A program made the translations under genes and the position numbers. Of a stretch of DNA of 64,000 nt, positions 18,462 through 26,871 are shown piece by piece (position 1 is the stretch's first letter; each line of letters begins with the position of its first letter). The stretch is taken from the NCBI GenBank assembly GCA_964499445.1, contig CAZCLE010000002.1, positions 19,677-83,676 on the forward strand, read 5' to 3'. This DNA comes from an uncultured Dehalococcoidales bacterium (GTDB taxonomy: Bacteria > Chloroflexota > Dehalococcoidia > Dehalococcoidales > GCA-2688105). The notes beneath the pieces are model-generated. The model did not search any database and had not been told where the DNA came from. It saw only the letters and a program-made list of their open reading frames with translations.

Positions 18462-19442
18462 ATGATTGCAGATATTATCTTTGGTTTCTTAGGTTCCGGC
18501 AAAACCACTGTTATCGCCAATATCCTTAAGGAATGGGGGCGGGATGAAAAAATTGTAGTGTTGGTAAATGAGTTCGGCGAGGTGGGCATAGATGGGGACC
18601 TGTTAGCCAGTCAGCACGGTGATGTAGTAGAAATGCCCGCCGGCTGTATCTGCTGCACCCTTCAAGTGGACTTTAGACGCCAAATGCTGGAGATAAGTGA
18701 AACCATCAATCCGCAGAGGGTACTAATTGAGCCCACTGGTGTAGCTCAAATAACCCAAATAATGTACATCATACACGCCGAATTATTCAAGGATAGAATC
18801 GAAGAAATCCATAATATCCTGATTACCGATGCTACCAATTTCATCAATTTTTATCGGCTCAACCGAAATTTCGTTGAGTCGCAGGTAAAAAATGCACATG
18901 TGGTCTTGCTGAACAAATGCGATAGAGTCAAAAAAATACAAGCCGAGGTTACCAAAAACGCTATATCTGCAATCAATCCTCAAGTTCCTGTTCTTTTGAC
19001 TGAGTTTGGGGCAGTGGAGTGGGGCGAATACAAATCAGCCCTCTCCGCTGTCCCTTGTTTGTCAGCGGATTTTGAAGCGGAACCGTCTTCCCCGACAGGG
19101 GAAGTTGAAGAAGAGGGACTTATCCATCTCCACGAGGAGGAAGATACATTAGGCTATGAATCTTTTGGTTGTACTTATGAACTTTCTTTTGATAGGCAGG
19201 AACTGGAAAAGCTGTTTCAAGAGTTGTTAAATTCTACCCTTTTGGGCGAGGAAATAGTTAGAGCCAAAGGAATATTCAGGGTAGATAACAAATGGGTAGT
19301 GGGACAACTCGCCTCAGGAGAAGTTTCCTGGCAAGAAGTTAAAGGTGTCAAACAGAGTAAAATCTCAATAGTCGGGAGAAACCTAAAAAGGGAACTGATT
19401 GGGACCGCGGTCAACCGATGTTTAGCCGGGATTAGCGGTTAG
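18462..19442 (+). CDS. CobW/COG0523-family G3E GTPase (metallochaperone-like)
   Basis: 326 aa. P-loop GFLGSGKTT, the CxCC motif in AGCICCTL, NKCD, and a C-terminal CobW_C-like domain. It starts 21 nt after mtaC. Confidence 0.85.
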   Translation: MIADIIFGFLGSGKTTVIANILKEWGRDEKIVVLVNEFGEVGIDGDLLASQHGDVVEMPAGCICCTLQVDFRRQMLEISETINPQRVLIEPTGVAQITQIMYIIHAELFKDRIEEIHNILITDATNFINFYRLNRNFVESQVKNAHVVLLNKCDRVKKIQAEVTKNAISAINPQVPVLLTEFGAVEWGEYKSALSAVPCLSADFEAEPSSPTGEVEEEGLIHLHEEEDTLGYESFGCTYELSFDRQELEKLFQELLNSTLLGEEIVRAKGIFRVDNKWVVGQLASGEVSWQEVKGVKQSKISIVGRNLKRELIGTAVNRCLAGISG

Positions 19443-19658
19443 AAGGTCATTTCCTAATCTGTTACCACTCTGTGTTGCCGACGGGATAGGAGCGGCAAGC
19501 TTGCTCGGAGGAATCTTTAGAGGATTCAAAGCAAAGTTCGAGCAAGGACAGGGTTGTTTATTATAAGTACTCAGTTGGATTGAGGTTCGTCACTGGTTTG
19601 GAATTGAAAGTCAAGTGACATAAAATTTTCAATCCAACAAGAAAAGGAGGGAAGGAAA

Positions 19659-20168
19659 ATGGCAATACCAGTACTTATGGCAATTAGCCTTATGTGGATA
19701 CCTGTAGGATTGCTTAACCTGGGTAAAGGAGAAGCCAAGGGGACAGGTGCCCTTACCCTTATGGTGGGCACAGTCGTGATCATAGGCGCAATCATTCAGG
19801 CAACCATTTTCAAGGATCCGTGGATTGGCGCCCTGCTCTTCACATACGGCCTCTTTTACAGTATCGTCGGTTACGCCCTATTTACCGAACAGAAAGACAT
19901 TAAGTTCGTAGGCAACGCCAGTATTACGGTAGGACTAATATCCATTGGCTACATAATTCTCTGTTTAGCCGGCCCCGCTGCTTTAAGAAGCAACTTCCTG
20001 GCGCTGGCTTGCGCTGGATACCTGGTCCTCTATATCATGGTCTGGGGCAACGCATACGGCTGGCTCTCGGGCAAGATCACAGGTGTGTCACTCATCGTGT
20101 GGACGTTTGTGGGTCTCTTTGTCCCTGCCTTCTGGCTGGTGGCTACGGGTCAGTTGCCGTGGGCATAA
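19659..20168 (+). CDS. Small six-helix membrane protein, AmiS/UreI-like channel family (tentative)
   Basis: 169 aa. Helix pattern and segments (LLNLGKGEAKGTGALTLMVG, GALLFTYGLFY, GKITGVSLIVWTFVGLFVPAFWLVATGQ) resemble my recollection of the AmiS and UreI sequences. Strong SD. Confidence 0.5.
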   Translation: MAIPVLMAISLMWIPVGLLNLGKGEAKGTGALTLMVGTVVIIGAIIQATIFKDPWIGALLFTYGLFYSIVGYALFTEQKDIKFVGNASITVGLISIGYIILCLAGPAALRSNFLALACAGYLVLYIMVWGNAYGWLSGKITGVSLIVWTFVGLFVPAFWLVATGQLPWA

Positions 20169-20209
20169 GCGGCGGATTTGTTCTTATTTAGAGCAACAAG
20201 TGTAACAAG

Positions 20210-20280
20210 AGGAGGTTCACCGAATCACCTTATTGTTCGGGGAAGCAGTGAAATACGAGCATTCGGTGCGCCTCCTTTTG
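20210..20280 (+). terminator. Long terminator-like hairpin after the AmiS/UreI-like gene
   Basis: AGGAGGTTCACCGAAT (20210-20225) pairs with ATTCGGTGCGCCTCCT (20261-20276), followed by TTTG. The 35-nt loop contains an alternative TTCGG partner. Confidence 0.35.
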
Positions 20281-20570
20281 TATGTGCGTATGGTTACCCG
20301 ATTCATTTACCTTGGACTGAGAGGGTAATTACCAAATCATCATCCTAAGGTTCCCAAGGTAATAGTGGGCAAAGCGAAGCTAGCGATTGTTAGTAAACAG
20401 TATTGTGTCGGTCAGAGATTGCTATAATTCAGTATGAAGGTTTAGGATTTCCATCCCACCTTCTTATAGTGCTCTGTGAATGTTGGTTTGCTTGAGGTGA
20501 AAATTCGCCATATATGATAAAATCCTGTTAACGCTTAACTAATTCTTAGTCTTGAAGGAGAAATAATAAG

Positions 20571-21206
20571 ATGGCTGGAGAACAAAAATATGAAGAGTTC
20601 CGTCCCCTTGAAGAGGAAGATTTGCTTAATTATCTTCCAGATGTGAGCTACAGTGAATGTGGGGCGGACAGCGATGTGGAATATGCCGAACTGGTAATTG
20701 AAGGCAAAGCCATGCCTTCTAAATGTCCCATACTGGACGAAAAAATTGCGGCCGCGATGGAAAAAGTGTTTAAGCTTGAACTCCCTTCAATACCCGATAC
20801 CGCACCAGGGACACCGGTCAACTGTGGTATCATAAAAGTTGGAAATCCAACCGCTGATTCTATGGTACTGATAAACGGAAATTGTCAGGAAACTATTTCC
20901 GTCATAAAGTTTATCCTTGAAGAAACTCAAACCGATGCCTTTTTATTAGCCATAGATACCCAGGGCTACAGCATAGAGAATGCGCTGGCGGCAGGAATCT
21001 TTCAGCCTTCCGAAGTTTTTAAATCACTCGGCGAATCAGGGCTAGCCAATGAAATTAGCCATCGGAAGGTCATTCTTCCCGGATTGTGCGAGCCTTTGGC
21101 TGCGGATATTAAAAGGTTAGCCTCGTGGGATTGGGAGGTCACATTAGGTCCGGTTAGCGCCCTTGAATTGCCACTCTATCTCATAAAAATGGCTCAAGAG
21201 GCTTAA
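20571..21206 (+). CDS. Truncated CFeSP large-subunit (AcsC/CdhE)-like corrinoid-binding protein with a degenerate N-terminal Fe-S motif
   Basis: 211 aa. The N-terminus LPDVSYSECGADSDVEYAELVIEGKAMPSKCP parallels the LPxxNCGxCGxxTCxxFA...CP Fe-S domain but keeps only 2 of 4 Cys. The C-terminus FLLAIDTQGYSIENALAAGIF...SHRKVILPGL...WEVTLGPVSALELPLYL parallels the AcsC/HgcA corrinoid domain. No TIM-barrel middle domain is present. Confidence 0.6.
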   Translation: MAGEQKYEEFRPLEEEDLLNYLPDVSYSECGADSDVEYAELVIEGKAMPSKCPILDEKIAAAMEKVFKLELPSIPDTAPGTPVNCGIIKVGNPTADSMVLINGNCQETISVIKFILEETQTDAFLLAIDTQGYSIENALAAGIFQPSEVFKSLGESGLANEISHRKVILPGLCEPLAADIKRLASWDWEVTLGPVSALELPLYLIKMAQEA

Positions 21207-21337
21207 ATCTGTCACTTAACAATTAAGCAGAAATCAAGAATTAGTCCGACTCTTATAAAGGTCTAGATGAGTGGGTGCTTATTCGCCGAAATGGCTAAAC
21301 GAGCAATGATATGCCCGTAGTCGAATAAACTTCGTGG

Positions 21338-21928
21338 TTACAATTTGACCCCGATGAGAATAGTCCCCAAGCCTCGCTGATCAAGCCCTTCAAAATAGCC
21401 TTTCTTCAAAAATATATCACAAGGCGTGGTAGGCGTACCGTAAGTAATAGAATGATATGAAAAATCGCTTTCTTCCAGGACACGCCATTCTGCCGAGCCG
21501 CACGGAATCTCAAAATGGCACAACTTTTTCATGATATCCTGGGGGAAAGATATCTTGTCCTTGTAAATAACAAAATTTTTGTGCATAAACCAGACATTTT
21601 CCTTTTGGGACAGACTGGCGATGGTTTCTTCATCATGAACCTCTTCGCCCACCACCTCATCGCCCTTTCTTAAAATCAGGGAACAAGAGCCCCACTCAAA
21701 CTCCATGTCAGTTAGGGCTACATAGATTAAATCATAAGTTAAGACTTCTCTTACCCCGACGTTGACGACCTTACCCATACCCATCAAGGAGTGCTTTTCG
21801 GCATCCTCCTCGATGCCAAGGACCTCCTGCCTGTCTTTTTCGAGAAGAGGGCTGACGTCCACAATCCCCTTCACCTTTTTCAAGGCGGCTATCATCAGGG
21901 TATTTGCCCTCATCCGGTCTATGGTCAT
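21338..21928 (-). CDS. Hypothetical protein, no recognised domain, coupled to the RamA-like activase
   Basis: I prefer the ATG at 21928 (MTIDRMRANTL...), which is preceded by GGAGGAGAA. That start lies 26 nt downstream of the activase stop. Cys pattern CHFEIPCG...PCD. Confidence 0.55.
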   Translation of the reverse strand: MTIDRMRANTLMIAALKKVKGIVDVSPLLEKDRQEVLGIEEDAEKHSLMGMGKVVNVGVREVLTYDLIYVALTDMEFEWGSCSLILRKGDEVVGEEVHDEETIASLSQKENVWFMHKNFVIYKDKISFPQDIMKKLCHFEIPCGSAEWRVLEESDFSYHSITYGTPTTPCDIFLKKGYFEGLDQRGLGTILIGVKL

Positions 21929-21954
21929 TTCTCCTCCGACGCTGAACATCTACT

Positions 21955-23619
21955 TTATCGGACTTTAACTCCAGAGGTAAGCAGTTTAGTCAGGTCGAAC
22001 ACCTTTTCACTACAGGCCTGTTCACATCTACTACAGCCCATACCATCACATAGAGCCAGGTCAATGGTGATGCTAAAACCCTCCTCTTGCTCATCCTGGG
22101 AGAGGGCGTTCTCGGGGCATCTCTCGATGCACTCCTCGCAGCCGATACAGCCCTCGAAAATGATTCTTTTCAGTTCTCCGATGTCGGGAATAATCTTCAG
22201 TCCTTTAACCCCTAAATCGGGTATGTCTCTCTCCACAGTCTTAATAACCTGGGGAAGCTCACTGACCTCCTCCAGAGGGGGGAGCCCGTATCTTTTAAGA
22301 AATTGTTGATAGGTTTTCCAGGGCATACCCTCAGTCCAGAAAGACATTTCAAGCATGTAGACCTGCTTAAAAACTTCGGACTCGGCAAACATGCAGTGGT
22401 TTTGGCGCAGCTCAGTGGCCATCTTTTGCATGTTCCACAGTTCATCCACGTTTTTGACCATATCTCTGGACATAGCTAGAGAGGTATTTCCCACCTGGAA
22501 AACTCTCTTAACACTTGATGGTATCATGCCTATTTGCTGGGACTTCAGGGCATCAACATAGGTTCCGGAGGCGCCAGACATATAAGCCGTTTCTATTTTA
22601 CTCACATCTATGCCGGCTGCCTGGCAAAGGGCTACATGCCCGGCCCTGACCGCACCAATAGCCTTACCCGCCTCCGTAACATCGTGTTCGGTAAACTTGA
22701 TGCCGTTGGCAAGTTTAATTTCACCGTCTCCGGTACTGATTTTGGGAAGTTTAATCAGACCGGCCTTTAGTCCCTGGCTGAGTAAGGCAACCACTCCAGT
22801 GCCGGTAATGCCCACCGCCTCTAAGTCTCCTTTCTCCAGGACTTTTCCCGAACTGGGGACCACCTTATCCCCTTTTTGGACAAACATATCCTGGTCGAGG
22901 ATATAACACTGAAGTCCGCCTCCAGGAGAGCTTGTGTCGGGGAAATAATACTCGACATCAGAGATGGCGCCGGGGAGAGCTAAAAGCCCGTCTTCAATCT
23001 GTTGCCCTTCCAGGGCAGGCCCGGCAGCCGTGGAGCCGGTATAGACGACTCCCTCTACTATGAGGGACATTTCGTTGTTAGTACCGTAGTCGGTGACAAT
23101 GGAGATTTCCTCTCTTTCCAGCGCACCTGCCTGAATCATCATGGCTAGGGCGTCGGCTCCGATCTCGTGGCGGACCGCCGGTGGCACCAATATGTCTACG
23201 CCGGCTGGCAGGTCAAGACCTCTGATATCCCGGGACTTAAATATTTTGGCGTCTCTATTTGGAGGAACCACCCCCAGAGCTTCCAATTTTCGTTTCCCGG
23301 CATAGGCCAGGTCTCTTATCTCAATTTCCCTGAAAAGAGAAAGCTGGATAGGGTTGCCGCAGACAGCGGCTCGTATCACGTCGTTTTTTTCGATTCTAAG
23401 GTTGTCAATAACCCGGTTGACGGCATGAATAACTACATCGTGGGAGATTTCCAGTCCGACCTCCAGGGCAAAATGTAGGTGGTCGATTACATTGGCTCCT
23501 GGTAGGGGGTGTCGGGTGGTAATGGCAGTAGAGATTATTTTATTCCCGTTCTCCAGATCAATGGCTTGCCCTCTGAAGCCGCTGGTTCCTAAATCAAGGG
23601 CTATACCTAGTTTTCCCAT
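21955..23619 (-). CDS. RamA-type corrinoid reductive activase (ASKHA/DUF4445 with C-terminal 2x[4Fe-4S] ferredoxin domain)
   Basis: 554 aa. ASKHA phosphate-1 motif GIALDLGTSGFRG. The C-terminal CIGCEECIERCP and CDGMGCSRCEQAC motifs match the domain order described for Methanosarcina RamA (COG3894). Confidence 0.8.
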   Translation of the reverse strand: MGKLGIALDLGTSGFRGQAIDLENGNKIISTAITTRHPLPGANVIDHLHFALEVGLEISHDVVIHAVNRVIDNLRIEKNDVIRAAVCGNPIQLSLFREIEIRDLAYAGKRKLEALGVVPPNRDAKIFKSRDIRGLDLPAGVDILVPPAVRHEIGADALAMMIQAGALEREEISIVTDYGTNNEMSLIVEGVVYTGSTAAGPALEGQQIEDGLLALPGAISDVEYYFPDTSSPGGGLQCYILDQDMFVQKGDKVVPSSGKVLEKGDLEAVGITGTGVVALLSQGLKAGLIKLPKISTGDGEIKLANGIKFTEHDVTEAGKAIGAVRAGHVALCQAAGIDVSKIETAYMSGASGTYVDALKSQQIGMIPSSVKRVFQVGNTSLAMSRDMVKNVDELWNMQKMATELRQNHCMFAESEVFKQVYMLEMSFWTEGMPWKTYQQFLKRYGLPPLEEVSELPQVIKTVERDIPDLGVKGLKIIPDIGELKRIIFEGCIGCEECIERCPENALSQDEQEEGFSITIDLALCDGMGCSRCEQACSEKVFDLTKLLTSGVKVR

Positions 23620-24005
23620 AACTCCTCCTGGTAAAAAATCAGTCTTTTACTTTCGCACTTTCCTGCTGCCAATTTGTCAGGGTTAATCGTTCAAAGCCTC
23701 TTCCAGCGCTGCTTATCAGGCTGGTGCTTGAACTATCATGGCGACAACTCTCGCCTGAGAGCAAGTGAAATTCTCGACCCTAATATACTAGACGGTAGCT
23801 TGGATGTCAATAAGTTGGAGTGATATCCGGCGGGGGAAACAAAGAGGTTTTGGAAGCGGGTATTTGGGAAGGTATTGCCGGAGCCCAGAATCTGCTGAAG
23901 CTGGGGATATTGAGATGCTACCACAGAGAGTAGTGGTATAAACTTTTTTCAGGTGGGTTGGAGAAATAATCAACTTTTTAACATAACCAAAGCAATGCAG
24001 AGCTA

Positions 24006-24035
24006 TTGACAATGAAGCTAGAAACAGCTTATAAT
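24006..24035 (+). promoter_or_regulatory. Consensus sigma70-type promoter of the second corrinoid operon
   Basis: TTGACA (24006-24011), 18-nt spacer, TATAAT (24030-24035), 35 nt upstream of the ATG at 24071. Confidence 0.55.
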
Positions 24036-24070
24036 CTCATTATCACTATAAATAAAAGGGAGGAAAAAGA

Positions 24071-24754
24071 ATGGCTTCAGAGGAGAGAGCTAAGGAATTA
24101 TTTAAAGGACTTCAGGAGGCGGTGATAATCTGGGATGAGGACAAAGTAGTGGAGCTTTGCCACGCTGTCATAGATGAAGGCGTAGACCCCTATGACGCCA
24201 CCATGGATGGTCTGGCGGCTGGAATGCAGGCGGTAGGCGACCTGTATGAAAAGAAGGAATACTTTGTCCCAGAACTTCTGATGTGCGCCGATGCGCTGTA
24301 TGCCGGGTTGGACCTCCTAAAGCCGGCTATCGTTGCCTCAGGAAGAAAGTCAAAGGTAAAAGGGTCAGTAGTCATCGGTGTTGTTGAGGGCGATGTTCAC
24401 GACATCGGCAAGAACTTAATCAAGATGATGTTTGATGTTGCCGGCTGGAATGTCTTTGACCTGGGAAAGGACGTAGAACTGAGTAGGTTTGTGGAGGAGC
24501 AAATAAAGACCGATTCTGAAATTGTGGCTATGTCAGCTATGATGACGACCTCCATGATGGGCATGCCCAAGGTCATTGAGATGATAAAGGCGAAAAATCC
24601 CAAGTGTCGCATCATGATAGGTGGCGCTCCGATAACCACCGATGTGGCGAAAAAATATGATGCTGACGGATACGCTGAGAGTGCCGCAACCGCAGTTGAG
24701 GAAGCGATGAAACTGATTGAAATGTTAAGGAAAGAAGAGGCAGCGGCAAAGTAA
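24071..24754 (+). CDS. Cobalamin-binding corrinoid protein (MtxC / O-demethylase CP type)
   Basis: 227 aa. A B12-binding-2 cap helix bundle precedes a Rossmann domain with DxHxxG (EGDVHDIGKN) and MSAMMTTSM. Confidence 0.85.
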   Translation: MASEERAKELFKGLQEAVIIWDEDKVVELCHAVIDEGVDPYDATMDGLAAGMQAVGDLYEKKEYFVPELLMCADALYAGLDLLKPAIVASGRKSKVKGSVVIGVVEGDVHDIGKNLIKMMFDVAGWNVFDLGKDVELSRFVEEQIKTDSEIVAMSAMMTTSMMGMPKVIEMIKAKNPKCRIMIGGAPITTDVAKKYDADGYAESAATAVEEAMKLIEMLRKEEAAAK

Positions 24755-24894
24755 AAAAATAAAATCACAAAAGGCAAAATACAAAGATGATATGGTACTA
24801 AGACAGATATAAAATGAATCAGGGGATTGGATGAGTGCGATGCGTAGTAGTCATCCGCTAGATCGAATCCCCTTTATTTGGAAAGGGAGGAAAT

Positions 24895-26853
24895 ATGGCA
24901 GAAAGCACAAATCAAGAGCATGTGGTCATCTTTCAACCGTCGGGACGTAGAGGCTCCATCAGTGATGGGAAAAACCTCAAGGAGGCTTCCGTAGCACTGG
25001 GTGTGGACATAGAAGGCGTCTGTGGTGAAAAGGCTACCTGCGGCAAGTGTAAGGTTAGGATAGAAGACGGGTTCTTCGAGAAATACGGTGTTGAATCAAA
25101 GATGAGCAATCTCACTCCGCTAACAGAAGCGGAGAGAAAGTTTATCAACGCACATGCGGAGAAAGAAGGTTACCGACTGGCTTGTCAGGCTTGGATTAAA
25201 GGTGATGTTGTGGTCTTCGTCCCTGAGGAGAGCCGAATGGGAAAGCAGGTTGTGCGCAAAGCGGCGAGGGAGATAGACATCGAGCTGAACCCGGCGGTGA
25301 AGAAATACTATGTGGAACTAGCTAAGGCTACCTTGAATGATACCTTGGGCGACTGGGAGCGTATACAGGCCGAGCTTAATAAACGTTTTGGCTTGAGCAA
25401 TCTAACCATTGACTATCAGGTGCTCCTGGAAGAACAGAAAATAGTACGTCAGGGCAATTGGAAGGTGACCGTATCAGTCTGGATGGATAAAGAGGTCATC
25501 AAGATAGAGCCCGGGCTTGTGGAGAAAGGCTATGGTCTGGCAGTCGACATTGGCACCACCACGGTAGCTGGCTACCTCTGCGATCTGTCCAGTGGCGAGA
25601 TAGTAGCCACCGAGTCTATGATGAATCCGCAAGTGCTTTACGGCGAAGATGTGATGTCCCGCATCACTTATAATATGAGCCACGACGACGGCTTGGAGCT
25701 GATGGCCCGGGAGATTATTAAGGGTCTTAATCAGATTGCGGGGCGAGCCGCTGCTCAGGCAAACATCAAGCGGCGGGATATCGTTGACATGACCGTTGTC
25801 GGCAATACTTGCATGCATCATCTCTTTTTAGGTATTGATACCCACCATATCGGTATGGCTCCTTTTCCCCCGAGCCTACATCACTCTATAGATGTTAAGG
25901 CGCGCGACTTGGACCTCAAGATATCTCCAGGGGCTTACGTTCATGTGCTTCCCATTGAGGCTGGTTTCGTAGGGGCTGATAATGTAGGGGTGCTCATCAC
26001 AGAGGCGCCCTATAATCAGGATGCTATGGAGCTTATTATCGACATTGGCACCAATGGTGAGTTAATCCTGGGCAACCGGCAAAAGCTCATTTCTTCCTCC
26101 TGTGCCACCGGCCCAGCCTTCGAGGGAGCCGAGATGAAATACGGAATGCGCGCCGCCCCGGGGGCTATCGAAAGGATAGCGATAGACCCGGATACTAAAG
26201 AGGTGAGCTTCAAGGTTATCGGTAAGGAGGAGTGGAGCACGGAGTCGGAGGATATGGGGGCTAACGGTATTTGCGGCTCAGGGATAATTGATGTCGTCCC
26301 CCAATTGTTCAAGGCGGGTATTATCAACCACACCGGTCGCTTCAACAAGGATTTGACTACCCCCCGTTTCCGTGAGACTGAAGAGGGAGGAGAATTCATA
26401 ATCGCTTGGGCAAATGAAACCTCCATTAGCCAAGATATCGTAATTTGCCAGAGTGACATAAGGAACATACAGCTAGCCAAAGGGGCTATGTATGCCGGAG
26501 CCAAGCTGATGATGCGTCACCTGGGTCTGGAGAAAGTGGACAAGGTTATTCTAGCCGGAGCCTTCGGCAGCTACATCGATAAGGAATCAGCGGCATGCTT
26601 GGGTCTTTTCCCTGATTGTGATTTAGAGAATGTCTACGCTGTGGGTAACGCCGCCGGTGATGGCGCCCGCATAGCCCTCCTCAATGTGGATAAACGAAGG
26701 GAAGCTGACGAAATGGCAAGGCAGGTGGAATACATAGAATTAACTGTGGAACCGGATTTTGACAAGGTTTTTGGCGAAGCTATGTGGCTACCTCACATGA
26801 AGGACAAGTTCCCTCACATTGAGCACCTTCTCCCTGAGAAGGCGGTGAAATAA
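24895..26853 (+). CDS. RACo-type corrinoid reductive activase (N-terminal plant-type [2Fe-2S] ferredoxin plus ASKHA/DUF4445)
   Basis: 652 aa. Motifs: CGEKATCGKCKV...LACQA (2Fe-2S), GLAVDIGTTTVAGYL, and ASKHA motifs further on. Confidence 0.85.
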   Translation: MAESTNQEHVVIFQPSGRRGSISDGKNLKEASVALGVDIEGVCGEKATCGKCKVRIEDGFFEKYGVESKMSNLTPLTEAERKFINAHAEKEGYRLACQAWIKGDVVVFVPEESRMGKQVVRKAAREIDIELNPAVKKYYVELAKATLNDTLGDWERIQAELNKRFGLSNLTIDYQVLLEEQKIVRQGNWKVTVSVWMDKEVIKIEPGLVEKGYGLAVDIGTTTVAGYLCDLSSGEIVATESMMNPQVLYGEDVMSRITYNMSHDDGLELMAREIIKGLNQIAGRAAAQANIKRRDIVDMTVVGNTCMHHLFLGIDTHHIGMAPFPPSLHHSIDVKARDLDLKISPGAYVHVLPIEAGFVGADNVGVLITEAPYNQDAMELIIDIGTNGELILGNRQKLISSSCATGPAFEGAEMKYGMRAAPGAIERIAIDPDTKEVSFKVIGKEEWSTESEDMGANGICGSGIIDVVPQLFKAGIINHTGRFNKDLTTPRFRETEEGGEFIIAWANETSISQDIVICQSDIRNIQLAKGAMYAGAKLMMRHLGLEKVDKVILAGAFGSYIDKESAACLGLFPDCDLENVYAVGNAAGDGARIALLNVDKRREADEMARQVEYIELTVEPDFDKVFGEAMWLPHMKDKFPHIEHLLPEKAVK

Positions 26854-26871
26854 GCTCCGGGAGGTATATTA

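Noticed and set aside
23620-24070. Small ORFs 23736-23924(-) and 23788-24012(-) in the divergent spacer between the RamA-type activase and the corrinoid operon
   Set aside because: They overlap each other in different frames, lack an SD, and run across the strong plus-strand promoter at 24006-24035. The spacer is more likely regulatory.
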